This document shows, one piece after another, positions 30,558 through 38,977 of a stretch of DNA of 55,711 bases. Position 1 is the stretch's first letter. Each line of letters begins with the position of its first letter. The translations under genes were made by a program, and so were the position numbers. A model generated the notes under the pieces. It was given only the letters and a program-made list of their open reading frames with translations. It did no database searches and was not told the origin of the DNA. The DNA is from an uncultured Ectothiorhodospiraceae bacterium (GTDB taxonomy: Bacteria > Pseudomonadota > Gammaproteobacteria > Nitrococcales > Halorhodospiraceae), in contig CAJXLI010000001.1 in assembly GCA_913055575.1 (NCBI GenBank), forward strand, positions 1 to 55,711, written 5' to 3'.

Positions 30558-31417
30558 TCCGTGATCGCTGGCGCTGGCACCGGGCCTGGCGGGGCATGCG
30601 GCGGATAGCCGCTACGGATCCCGGGCTCGGGGCCTGCTCCTGGCGCGGGCGCGAGGGACGCCTCTACGCGGTAGGTTGCGAGGCGCTCCGCGACCCGGCG
30701 GCCTTGCAGGCGGCCCTGGGAGATTGGCGGGCGCGGCTGCCGCAGGCGGGCGAGGTCCTGAGCCGCACCCGCTCCCACACGGTCTATCGCCTCGAGACCG
30801 CCGCGTACGGCCCGGTGGTGCTCAAGCGGGTGGAGCCCACCAAGCCGCACCGCCGCTACGCCATCCCGTCCCTGTTCGCCGGCTGGCGGCTGCACCGCGC
30901 GTTGCCGGGCAGTGTCCCGAGGCCGCTGGGGGCGCTGGAGCGCTACGGTGCCTGGGGCCAGCTGCAGGAGGCGTGGCTGCTGGCGCGCTACGAGCCGGGA
31001 CGCAGCCTGCGCGCCCGGCTGGGTGACCCGGGGCAGCGGCCGGCAACGGAGCTGGCCCGGGCCCTGGGCGCCTACCTGGCGCGCGTCCACGATGCCGGCG
31101 TGCTCTTCCGCGATGCCCACCCGGAGAACGTCCTGGTACGGGCAGCGCCGTCCCCGGATGAGCCGAGATTCTCGCTGATCGACCTCGACGCCTTGCTGCC
31201 GGGGCGGCCTTCCCCCCTGGAACGGCTGAAGCTGCTGAAGAAGCTGGAGCTGCCCGAGCCCGAGCAGGGCGCCATGGTGGCGGCCTACTGGCAGACGACC
31301 GCGAGCCGGCCACTGCCGCTGCTCCAAGGCTTCCTGGAGCGGGTCTACTATCCGGTCAAGCGCGTCCGGCGGCGCTGGGTCGCCTGGTTACGGTCCCGAT
31401 GCGCATCCTCTTCCTGA
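30554..31417 (+). CDS. LPS kinase (Kdo/WaaP/InaA-like) family protein
   Basis: ATGA overlap; VVLKR, PRPLGA, HDAGVLFRDAHPENVLV, LIDLD. Confidence 0.75.
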   Translation: MIRDRWRWHRAWRGMRRIAATDPGLGACSWRGREGRLYAVGCEALRDPAALQAALGDWRARLPQAGEVLSRTRSHTVYRLETAAYGPVVLKRVEPTKPHRRYAIPSLFAGWRLHRALPGSVPRPLGALERYGAWGQLQEAWLLARYEPGRSLRARLGDPGQRPATELARALGAYLARVHDAGVLFRDAHPENVLVRAAPSPDEPRFSLIDLDALLPGRPSPLERLKLLKKLELPEPEQGAMVAAYWQTTASRPLPLLQGFLERVYYPVKRVRRRWVAWLRSRCASSS

Positions 31418-32475
31418 ACTCGGCCCGCAACTGGGGCGGTAACGAGAAATGGACCGCCCTGGCCGCACAGGCCCTGGCCGCCGAGCACGAGGTGCACGCG
31501 GCCTACCGCCGCCCCGTCGTCGGCGATCGCCTGGCCGCGGTGCCCGGGGTGGCCACGGTCCGCTGGCCGTTCCTCGCCAGCGGCGATGCCTGGACCCTGG
31601 CTGCCCTGGTGCGCTACATCCAAAAGGCGGAGATCGACTGCCTCATCCCCACCCGGCGCAAGGACTACGTCCTCGCCGGGCTGGCGGCGCGAATCACTGG
31701 TGCCTGCAATGTCCTGCGCCTGGGCCTGGTGCGCCGGCTGCGGCCGTGGACGCACCAGCGCTGGGTCTACGGCCGCTGGGCCGACGGCCTCATCGTCAAT
31801 GCCCCGAGCATTCGCGATACGGCGCTGGCCTCCGGTCTCCTGACGGCGGAGCAGATCGCGGTGATCCCCAACGGCGTCGACGCCGACGCCGTGGCTGCAG
31901 CGGCGCAGGCCCGTGGCGCCCCGGCCTTCCCGTTCACGGTGGCCACGGTGGGCAAGCTCACCGAGCGCAAGGATGTGGCCACCCTGCTGCGCGGCTTCGC
32001 CGCCTTCGCGCGGCAGGCGCCGGAGGCGGGCCTGGTGGTCGTGGGCGACGGGGCGGAGCGTGGCCGCCTGGAGGCCCTGGCCCGGGAGCTGGGCATCGCC
32101 GAGCGGGTCCGCTTTCGCGGCGAGCAGGCCGACCCCTACCCGGAGCTGGCGACGGCGCACGCCTTTGTCAGCACCTCCCGCAACGAGGGCTTCCCCAACA
32201 CCGTCATCGAGGCCCTGCACCTGGGCGTGCCCGTGGTCGCCACCGCCGCCGGCGGGACCTGGGAGTGGCTGGCGCCGGACCAGGACGGGGTCGCGATCCC
32301 CTTCGGCGATCCGCCAGCCCTGGCTCGGGCGCTCGCCGCGCTCTACGCCGAGCCGTCCCGGCGCCGGGCCCTGGCGGCGCAGGGGCAGGCGGCGGCGCGG
32401 GCGCGCTTCGACCGGCAGCGCATGGGCGAGCGCCTCAGCGCGTTCCTGGCGCAACGCTGCGCAGGATCCCGCTGA
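31399..32475 (+). CDS. GT4 glycosyltransferase
   Basis: WGGNE, IPNGVD, GKLTERKD, EGFPNTVIEA. Confidence 0.88.
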   Translation: MRILFLNSARNWGGNEKWTALAAQALAAEHEVHAAYRRPVVGDRLAAVPGVATVRWPFLASGDAWTLAALVRYIQKAEIDCLIPTRRKDYVLAGLAARITGACNVLRLGLVRRLRPWTHQRWVYGRWADGLIVNAPSIRDTALASGLLTAEQIAVIPNGVDADAVAAAAQARGAPAFPFTVATVGKLTERKDVATLLRGFAAFARQAPEAGLVVVGDGAERGRLEALARELGIAERVRFRGEQADPYPELATAHAFVSTSRNEGFPNTVIEALHLGVPVVATAAGGTWEWLAPDQDGVAIPFGDPPALARALAALYAEPSRRRALAAQGQAAARARFDRQRMGERLSAFLAQRCAGSR

Positions 32476-33673
32476 GCCGCTCCACGTAGCGATCGATGTG
32501 GAAATGGCCAAAGGCCCACCGGCTGGCGGCGGTGCCGTGGGCCTGGCGCCGGGCGTCGTCCACGGCATAGTCGCGGATCGCTGCCGCCAGCGCCTCCGGC
32601 GCGGCACCCCGGGGCTCGGTGAGGGCGTCGTTGCCCGGGTCGTAGACCTGGCGCGGCAGCTGCGCCGTGGCGATGCCGTAGCGCGGCAGGGCCGACAGCG
32701 GCACCGTCGGCGGCACCACGGTCCCGGTCTCGCCATCGCGTACGGTCTCGGGCAGGCCGTCGACGCCCGCCACCACCACCGGGATCCCCCAGGCCTGGGC
32801 CTCCAGGCTGACCAGCCCGAAGGGCTCGCGCAGCGACGGGCAGACGAGGAGGTCGAGTCCGCGGTAGAAGGCCGCCATGTCGGCGACGTTGCCCCGGAAG
32901 CGGACGCCCTCGCCCAGCCCCAGGTCCGCGGCGAGCGCCTCCAGGCGAGGCCGTTCGGGGCCGTCGCCCGCGATCTCCACGGCGAGGGCGTGCCCCTCCT
33001 CCTGCAGGAGCCGGATCGCGTGTAGCGCCAGCTCGAAGCCCTTGAAGGGCGTGCAGCGGCCTACCACCCCCAGGCGCAGGGGGGCGTCCGCGGCCCTGGG
33101 GACGGCCGCCCGCGGCGCCGTGGGCGCGGCCTCCGGCCGCAGGGGGTTGAGCAGGACCGTCGCTGGCCGCTCCAGCCCCCAGGCCAGCTCCAGGACGCGC
33201 CTGGCCGCCGCGGAGTTGGTGATGATCCGGTCCGCCCACGGCAGCCCCTGCGCCAGACGGCCCTGCGGCTCGCCTCGCCACGCCGAGCCGTGCTCCGTGT
33301 AGACGATGGGGATCCCCTCGGCCCGCAGGGCCTGCAGGACCCGGACCTTGGGCCACGTCCCCCAGAGCAGGGCGGCGTCCGGGCGAGCGCCCGGGCGCAC
33401 CCGCCGGCGCAGCAGCCGGAGGTGGGGCCGGCTGCCCTCCCGCAGCCGCAGCGGCCCCCAGCGCTTCTGCGGCCGGCGGAGCAGCCCGGCCGCAGGCCAG
33501 TGCGAGCGCCACTGCGGGTGGAGGTGGTCGGTGAGCGCGACGCCGGGAGCGGCACGCGCCCCGTGCAGGCGGCCGGCGACGCTGAGCATCATCGACTCCA
33601 CCCCGCCCACCTGGCCGAGATTGACGAAGTGGGCGAGGCGCAGGGCGCGGCGGTCCGGATCGAGCTCGCTCAC
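32435..33673 (-). CDS. GT4 glycosyltransferase (paralog of 27743-28981)
   Basis: GTG 33673 overlapping the upstream stop; GGVE, GRCTPFKG, EPFGLVSLEA, DGLPETV. Confidence 0.85.
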   Translation of the reverse strand: MSELDPDRRALRLAHFVNLGQVGGVESMMLSVAGRLHGARAAPGVALTDHLHPQWRSHWPAAGLLRRPQKRWGPLRLREGSRPHLRLLRRRVRPGARPDAALLWGTWPKVRVLQALRAEGIPIVYTEHGSAWRGEPQGRLAQGLPWADRIITNSAAARRVLELAWGLERPATVLLNPLRPEAAPTAPRAAVPRAADAPLRLGVVGRCTPFKGFELALHAIRLLQEEGHALAVEIAGDGPERPRLEALAADLGLGEGVRFRGNVADMAAFYRGLDLLVCPSLREPFGLVSLEAQAWGIPVVVAGVDGLPETVRDGETGTVVPPTVPLSALPRYGIATAQLPRQVYDPGNDALTEPRGAAPEALAAAIRDYAVDDARRQAHGTAASRWAFGHFHIDRYVERLSGILRSVAPGTR

Positions 33674-34680
33674 GGGTCCAGGGCCTGGGCGTCGGCGGCC
33701 GGGGCCGCTGGCGCGGGGCTGGCGGCGCCCCGTTCGGGGTGCTGGAGCCACTCGGCGAGCATGCGGCCGTGCCGGACGGGATCGTAGAGCCGGGCGAAGT
33801 ACGCGCCCCCGTTGCGGGCGATGCGCCGCCGCTCGTCGGGGCGGTCCAGGTAGGCGCGCAGCAGCTCGACGAGCCCGTCGTAGCCGTCGAAGGCCACGTA
33901 GTCCCGCCCCTCCACCGGGGGCTCGTGTAGCCAGATCTCGCGCAGCGTCGGGGCGCTCACCATGAAGGCCTTGGCCTGCCAGAGCTCCAGGTGGCGGGCC
34001 GTGAGCGGGCCGAAGCCGTCCAGGGCGAGGTTGGTGCGGGCGCTGCAGATCGCCTCGTAGTAGCCGCGGCCCTTGATCCGCGGCCCGCGCAGCGCCGCCG
34101 GGACCTCGGTCGCGGCTCGCGGCCGCGGGTGGAGCCCCCCGGCGGCATCGAGCCCCGAGGCGACGATCCGCGACCACACCTGCTCGCGGATGTCGTTGGC
34201 GTCGTTGACCCGGCCGGCGAAGAAGACGTCGCGGCTCTTGCCGGCCTCCGGCTCGCTGCAGCCGGGCCCCGGCTCGGGGGCGCCGAAGGGGCAGCCGGCC
34301 AGGGTAGGGCGGATCTTGTCGCGGTTCGCCGGGTGCAGCGGGTAGCGCTCCAGGTCCCCGTACGGCTCCCGCTTCAGGAGGAGGTCGAAGGCGTCGGCGA
34401 CCTCCTCGGCAGGCATGTCGGCCGGATGGGCGTTGCCCAGGAAGAGGGCCTTGGGGCCCGGGAAGCCGCCCACCATCGAGCGCACGAAGGCCGGATCCTC
34501 CCGCCAGGGCCCCGTGGCCTTGGCGTTGACGACCAGGGCGTCGAAGCGGTGGAGCCAGCGCCGCGGCAGGTAGCGAAGCCCCGGCGCCGGCAGGGTGGTG
34601 ACCGCGCAGCCGGCGCGCAGCGACTGCTCGAAGAAGGCGTCCTGCTGCTGCGGCATGCGCCACCACTTGCGGAGCTTCAT
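33670..34680 (-). CDS. GT-B glycosyltransferase, CgeB/Glyco_trans_1_2-like
   Basis: DVFFAG, R, TARHLE, EGRDYVAF, ERRRIARNG C-terminal pattern. Confidence 0.65.
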   Translation of the reverse strand: MKLRKWWRMPQQQDAFFEQSLRAGCAVTTLPAPGLRYLPRRWLHRFDALVVNAKATGPWREDPAFVRSMVGGFPGPKALFLGNAHPADMPAEEVADAFDLLLKREPYGDLERYPLHPANRDKIRPTLAGCPFGAPEPGPGCSEPEAGKSRDVFFAGRVNDANDIREQVWSRIVASGLDAAGGLHPRPRAATEVPAALRGPRIKGRGYYEAICSARTNLALDGFGPLTARHLELWQAKAFMVSAPTLREIWLHEPPVEGRDYVAFDGYDGLVELLRAYLDRPDERRRIARNGGAYFARLYDPVRHGRMLAEWLQHPERGAASPAPAAPAADAQALDP

Positions 34681-34855
34681 CAGCGGATTCTCGCCCGGCT
34701 CCGCAGAACGGCGGATGTAGCAAACGCTCAAGGGCATGGGCTCGGTGTGACCGGCAGATGGATGTGCGCTAGCGTAGCACGGCAGCGGCGCGGGGCGGCG
34801 GTATCGCCGGACGCCGCACCCCTGGCCGCGCCTCTGGGATGGGAGCCGTACGCCG

Positions 34856-35953
34856 ATGAAGGTCCTCTACACCGCCGCCTACGCCGCCGGCAGCACCCGG
34901 GCACGGATGCTCAACGTCGCCCGCACCGCGGAGAGCCTCGCCGCCGTGGCCGATGAGGCCGTCCTGCTCACGCGCCGGGGACCGGTGCGCGAGCGTGCGG
35001 CGCTCAATCACCAGTACGGCGTGGGCCCGGGCTTCCGCTGGCTCCAGGTCCCGGGCTGGATGGAGCGCTCCGTCTTCCCGCCGCTGGTGCTGCCCTGGAT
35101 CCTGCGCGAGCGCCCGGACGTGGTCGTCGCCCGCCACTGGACGCTGCCGCTGTGGACGGCCCGGCTCGGCATCCCGAGCATCCTGGAGGTCCACGACCTG
35201 CGGGGCGCCCGCCCGCCCCTGGCGGCCCGCTACCGCCGGGCCGCCCGGCGCAGTCCCGCCTTCTGCGGCGTGGTCACCAACTCCGAGGCGCACCGCAGGG
35301 CGTACGTGGAGGCCGGCCTCCCGCCGGAGCGCGTACGCGCCATCCCCGCGGCCGTGCAGGTGGAGGCCTTTACCCCGCCCCGGGCGCTGCCCGCCGATCC
35401 GTACCCGGCCACGGGCCGGCCACGCGCCGTCTACGTCGGCCACCTCTACGACCACAAGGGGATCCCGCAGATCCTCGAGGCGGCGGCCCAGGCCCCCGAG
35501 GTCGACTTCCACCTCGTCGGCGGGGTGGCGGAGGACGTGGAGCGGGTGCGCGCGCGCCTGGCCGAGCGGGGCCTGGCGCACTGCTACCTCCACGGCATGC
35601 AGCCGAGCCGCGACGTCCCGCGTTGGCTCTGGCACGCCGATGTGCTGCTGCTGCCCCCGCCGAGCGGGGAGAGCCCGCTGAAGCTGGCCGAGTACCTGGC
35701 AGCCCGGCGGCCGGTCGTGGCCGCCGACCAGCCCGGCTTGCGGGCCCTGGTCAGCGACCGGGAGGTCTTCTGGGCCCGGGCCGGCGACGGCGGGGCGCTG
35801 GCCGGGGCGGTACGGCAGGCGCTGGCCCGGCCCGAGGAGGCGGCCGCCCGGGCCGCCGCCGGCCAGGGACGGGCCCGGGACTGGTCCTATCCCCGGCGAG
35901 CGCGCCGGATGCTGGCCCTGTGGGACCCCGGGCTGGCCCCGGCGGATGGCTGA
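34856..35953 (+). CDS. GT4 glycosyltransferase
   Basis: LEVHD, YVGHLYDHKG, SPLKLAEYLAARRPVVA. Confidence 0.82.
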   Translation: MKVLYTAAYAAGSTRARMLNVARTAESLAAVADEAVLLTRRGPVRERAALNHQYGVGPGFRWLQVPGWMERSVFPPLVLPWILRERPDVVVARHWTLPLWTARLGIPSILEVHDLRGARPPLAARYRRAARRSPAFCGVVTNSEAHRRAYVEAGLPPERVRAIPAAVQVEAFTPPRALPADPYPATGRPRAVYVGHLYDHKGIPQILEAAAQAPEVDFHLVGGVAEDVERVRARLAERGLAHCYLHGMQPSRDVPRWLWHADVLLLPPPSGESPLKLAEYLAARRPVVAADQPGLRALVSDREVFWARAGDGGALAGAVRQALARPEEAAARAAAGQGRARDWSYPRRARRMLALWDPGLAPADG

Positions 35954-35962
35954 GGCAGGCCG

Positions 35963-36787
35963 CTACACATCCCCGAGCCCCGGGGGCGGGGATCCTCGGG
36001 CGTCGGTGGCGTAGTGCGCGACCTGGGCGAGGGTCTGCTGGGTGAGCAGCCGCTGCCAGGGGCCGGCGTCGAGCCCCGCCGCCTGCCGCCAGCGGTCGAT
36101 GAATGCCGGCACCAGCGCCGGATCGAGGGGCGCGCCGCCGCCCCGCACGGCCTGGCGCGCCACGCTGACGAGGAACTTCTGGAGCCGCTGCAGCTGCGCC
36201 AGCGGCGAGACGTGGGGCACCCGGTAGACGCTCTCCAGGTCGATCAGGCGCGGCTCCTCCGGCTCGCCGTCCTGGAGGATGAAGTTGCGGGCAGTGGGGT
36301 CGGCGTGGAAGCCGCCGGCGCGCGCCAGGCGCCCCCAGGCCTCGGCGATCGCCAGTACGGCCCGGTGGCGCGCGTCCGCCTCGCGCGCCGCGGCCAGGTG
36401 CTGCTGGAGGGTTGGCCCCGGCACCGCCGCCAGCCCGAGGCAGCCCGTCGGCAGCAGCCGCGGCTCGCCGAGGCCGGCGAAGAGCGGCGTGGCCACCGGT
36501 ACACCGGCGGCCTGGAAGGTCTCGGCATCGCCATAGATCCGCAGCACCGTGCGCAGCCGGTGGCGTAGCGCGTCGCGCAGGGTGCCGCGGTGGAACTCCT
36601 TGACGTAGTAGTCCACCCCGGCGTCACGGAACCGCCAGATGCGGGTCTTGCCGCTACGCCACGGCGCGGCGTCCCGGGCCTGCTCCTGGTAGGCGCGCAG
36701 CAGGTCGAGCCGTCCCACCGCACGGCGGCAGCAGGGCAGCGGCTGCGCCGACGGGGCGTGTTGGAGGCAGCGGTCTGCGGAGGTCAT
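35963..36787 (-). CDS. LPS kinase (Kdo/WaaP-like) family protein
   Basis: YYVKEF, AGVPVATP, FHADPTARNFIL, LIDLE. Confidence 0.72.
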   Translation of the reverse strand: MTSADRCLQHAPSAQPLPCCRRAVGRLDLLRAYQEQARDAAPWRSGKTRIWRFRDAGVDYYVKEFHRGTLRDALRHRLRTVLRIYGDAETFQAAGVPVATPLFAGLGEPRLLPTGCLGLAAVPGPTLQQHLAAAREADARHRAVLAIAEAWGRLARAGGFHADPTARNFILQDGEPEEPRLIDLESVYRVPHVSPLAQLQRLQKFLVSVARQAVRGGGAPLDPALVPAFIDRWRQAAGLDAGPWQRLLTQQTLAQVAHYATDARGSPPPGLGDV

Positions 36788-36962
36788 AGGCGCACGGCAG
36801 AGATGTCACTGAGATTACAATCTCTAGCATAATTGAATGTCTCCGGCGTTGCTTGACGCTGCGGCCTGCTGCCTGGGGAAGGCTGGGATCAGGCCTGGTG
36901 CTGCCCGCCGCGATCGCCGCAGCGCCGGGCCGTAGGGTGTGGGTAGATCCCAGCGGCTGGCG

Positions 36963-37664
36963 CTACCGGTAGAGCCTGCGCCCCGCCGCGGCCATGCGCT
37001 CGATCGCCGTTCGCCGGTGTAGCCTCTTCACGGCGGGCGGCATCCGCTCGGTCCGGCGGCCCCAGCCGTGGCGGATCCACGCGTTCCAGTCCTGCTGCGC
37101 CGCCCAGCGCCACAGCGGGCTGCCCCGCTGCCCCGGCCGGCGGAGCACGGCGGTGCCGAAGTCGATGACGTAGAGCGTGCCGTCCGTGCCGAGGATAAGG
37201 TTGTTGTGGCGCTTGAGATCGCTATGGGCTACGCCGCGCCTGTGCATGTCGGCGATCGTGGCGCGGAGGCCCGGGATGGCGGGATGGGGGCCGGCGTGGT
37301 CGGTGCGCAGGTAGCGGCTACGGAGCTTGCGGCCCGGGATGTAGCCGAGGACGAGCCACTCGCCCCGGAAGAGCCCGTAGCAGGGCGGCACCCCGGGGAC
37401 GCCGGCCAGGCGCTGGTAGGCCCGATGCTCGCGGCGGATCGACCAGCGGCTGAAGTAGTACCACCGGCCGGGGCGGGGGAGCTTGATCACGAGCGGCGGA
37501 TCGTGGTCCGGGAAGACGAGCACGCGCGCCTGGTAGCCGTGGGCTGCCGGCGCGGCGCCGGCGTCCCCGTCGCGCAGGAGGGCCTCGACGGTGCGGGCCA
37601 TCTCCTGGCGCCGGGTATCGCCGTCGACGGTCTCCGCCGGGCGGGCGGGTGAGCGAGTATCCAT
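36963..37664 (-). CDS. Small kinase-fold protein (RIO1/Kdo-kinase-like)
   Basis: VIKLP, REHRAY, GVPGVP, HRRGVAHSDLKRHNNLIL, VIDFG. Confidence 0.75.
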   Translation of the reverse strand: MDTRSPARPAETVDGDTRRQEMARTVEALLRDGDAGAAPAAHGYQARVLVFPDHDPPLVIKLPRPGRWYYFSRWSIRREHRAYQRLAGVPGVPPCYGLFRGEWLVLGYIPGRKLRSRYLRTDHAGPHPAIPGLRATIADMHRRGVAHSDLKRHNNLILGTDGTLYVIDFGTAVLRRPGQRGSPLWRWAAQQDWNAWIRHGWGRRTERMPPAVKRLHRRTAIERMAAAGRRLYR

Positions 37665-37822
37665 GCGGCCGAGCCTCGGTCTCTGGATGGCCGACGCGCC
37701 CGGCGCGGGCCTCTGCCGGGCACGTCACGGGGCGATCTGCGTCACGGCAGCACGGCCCTCGGCTGCCGGCGCGGCAGCCTAGCGCGTCCGGGCGTGGCCG
37801 TCGAGGCGGTGCGGACGGCCCG

Positions 37823-38974
37823 TCAGCGCTCGGCGCAGCCGCGGTAGAGGCGCTGGTAGGCCCGGATCTCCGCCTCGAGGCTGAAGTGGGCGCGGACGTG
37901 CTCGCGGTGACGGGCGGCACGGGCCGCCAGCTCCTCGCGGCCCTGGCCGAGCAGCGCCTGGATGCGGCGGGCTAGCGCCTCGTGGTCCCCCTCCTCGACG
38001 AGCTCGTCGCGGAACGCCGCGGGGATGGCGGACGGGATGCCGCCGTGGCGGGTGGCCACGACCGGCACCCCGCTCAGCTGGGCCTCCTTCAGGACATTGG
38101 GGATCCCCTCCCGGTCGCCTTGCGCCCCCGTCCGGTTGGCCGCGATGAACAGGTCGGCCTCCTGGTAGGCCTCCAGGACCTGCTCGTGCGGCAGCGCGCC
38201 CAGGAGATCCACGTGGGGCCCCAGCGCCAGCTCATCGATCAGCTGGCGCAGCGCCGCCGCCTCGTCCCCCTCATCACCCTCACCGATCAGGGTCAGGCGG
38301 GCCTCGAGGCCTGCCCGGCGTACAGCCGCGAGCGCGCGGATGGCGTCGCCGTGGCCCTTCTTGTCTACCAGCCGGCCTATGGAGAGCAGGCGGCCCCGGG
38401 GCGCCTGGGGCTCTCGGAAGGGGATCGCCTCGGTGTCGATGCCTGTGTAGATCAGCTGGCACGCCGTCCCCTCGGGCAATAGGGGCTGGAGGTGCTCGGC
38501 CAGATCCTCGGAAACGGCGGCAACCGCCGCGGCGTTGCGGGCGACCTCCCGGTAGGTGCGCCACCAGTAGGACTTGCGCAGCTTCGCCGAGGCGTCCTTG
38601 CCGCGGAAGGTCACGATCAGCGGGATATCGAGATCGGCACACGCCCGGTGGATCCAGGCTGCGACGGAGCCGAACTGGGCGTGGACACAGTCCGGCCGCA
38701 GCCGCGCCAGGGTGGCGCGGACGTGGCGCTCGAACCGCGAGCGCGGCAGGTCGATGGCGGGGTAGGCAGCAGCGGCCAGGTGGTTCCAGATCCGCTCGCC
38801 GTTGCCCGGGCGCGGGATCAGGTGGACGTGCTCGAAAGGGCGCGATTCCGGGTTGAGGCGCTCCCAGGCCATCACCGAGGTGGGGGTGCCGTACCGGGGC
38901 GATCGGGTCACCAGGTTGTAGATGAAGGGTTGCGTTAGATGGGAGAACGCGGGCACGCAGTGTCGGACATGCAA
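37823..38974 (-). CDS. GT4 glycosyltransferase, WcaL/AmsK-like
   Basis: HAQFG, TFRGKD, GRLVDKKG, GDREGIPNVLKEA, TRHGGIP. Confidence 0.87.
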   Translation of the reverse strand: MHVRHCVPAFSHLTQPFIYNLVTRSPRYGTPTSVMAWERLNPESRPFEHVHLIPRPGNGERIWNHLAAAAYPAIDLPRSRFERHVRATLARLRPDCVHAQFGSVAAWIHRACADLDIPLIVTFRGKDASAKLRKSYWWRTYREVARNAAAVAAVSEDLAEHLQPLLPEGTACQLIYTGIDTEAIPFREPQAPRGRLLSIGRLVDKKGHGDAIRALAAVRRAGLEARLTLIGEGDEGDEAAALRQLIDELALGPHVDLLGALPHEQVLEAYQEADLFIAANRTGAQGDREGIPNVLKEAQLSGVPVVATRHGGIPSAIPAAFRDELVEEGDHEALARRIQALLGQGREELAARAARHREHVRAHFSLEAEIRAYQRLYRGCAER

Positions 38975-38977
38975 AGC

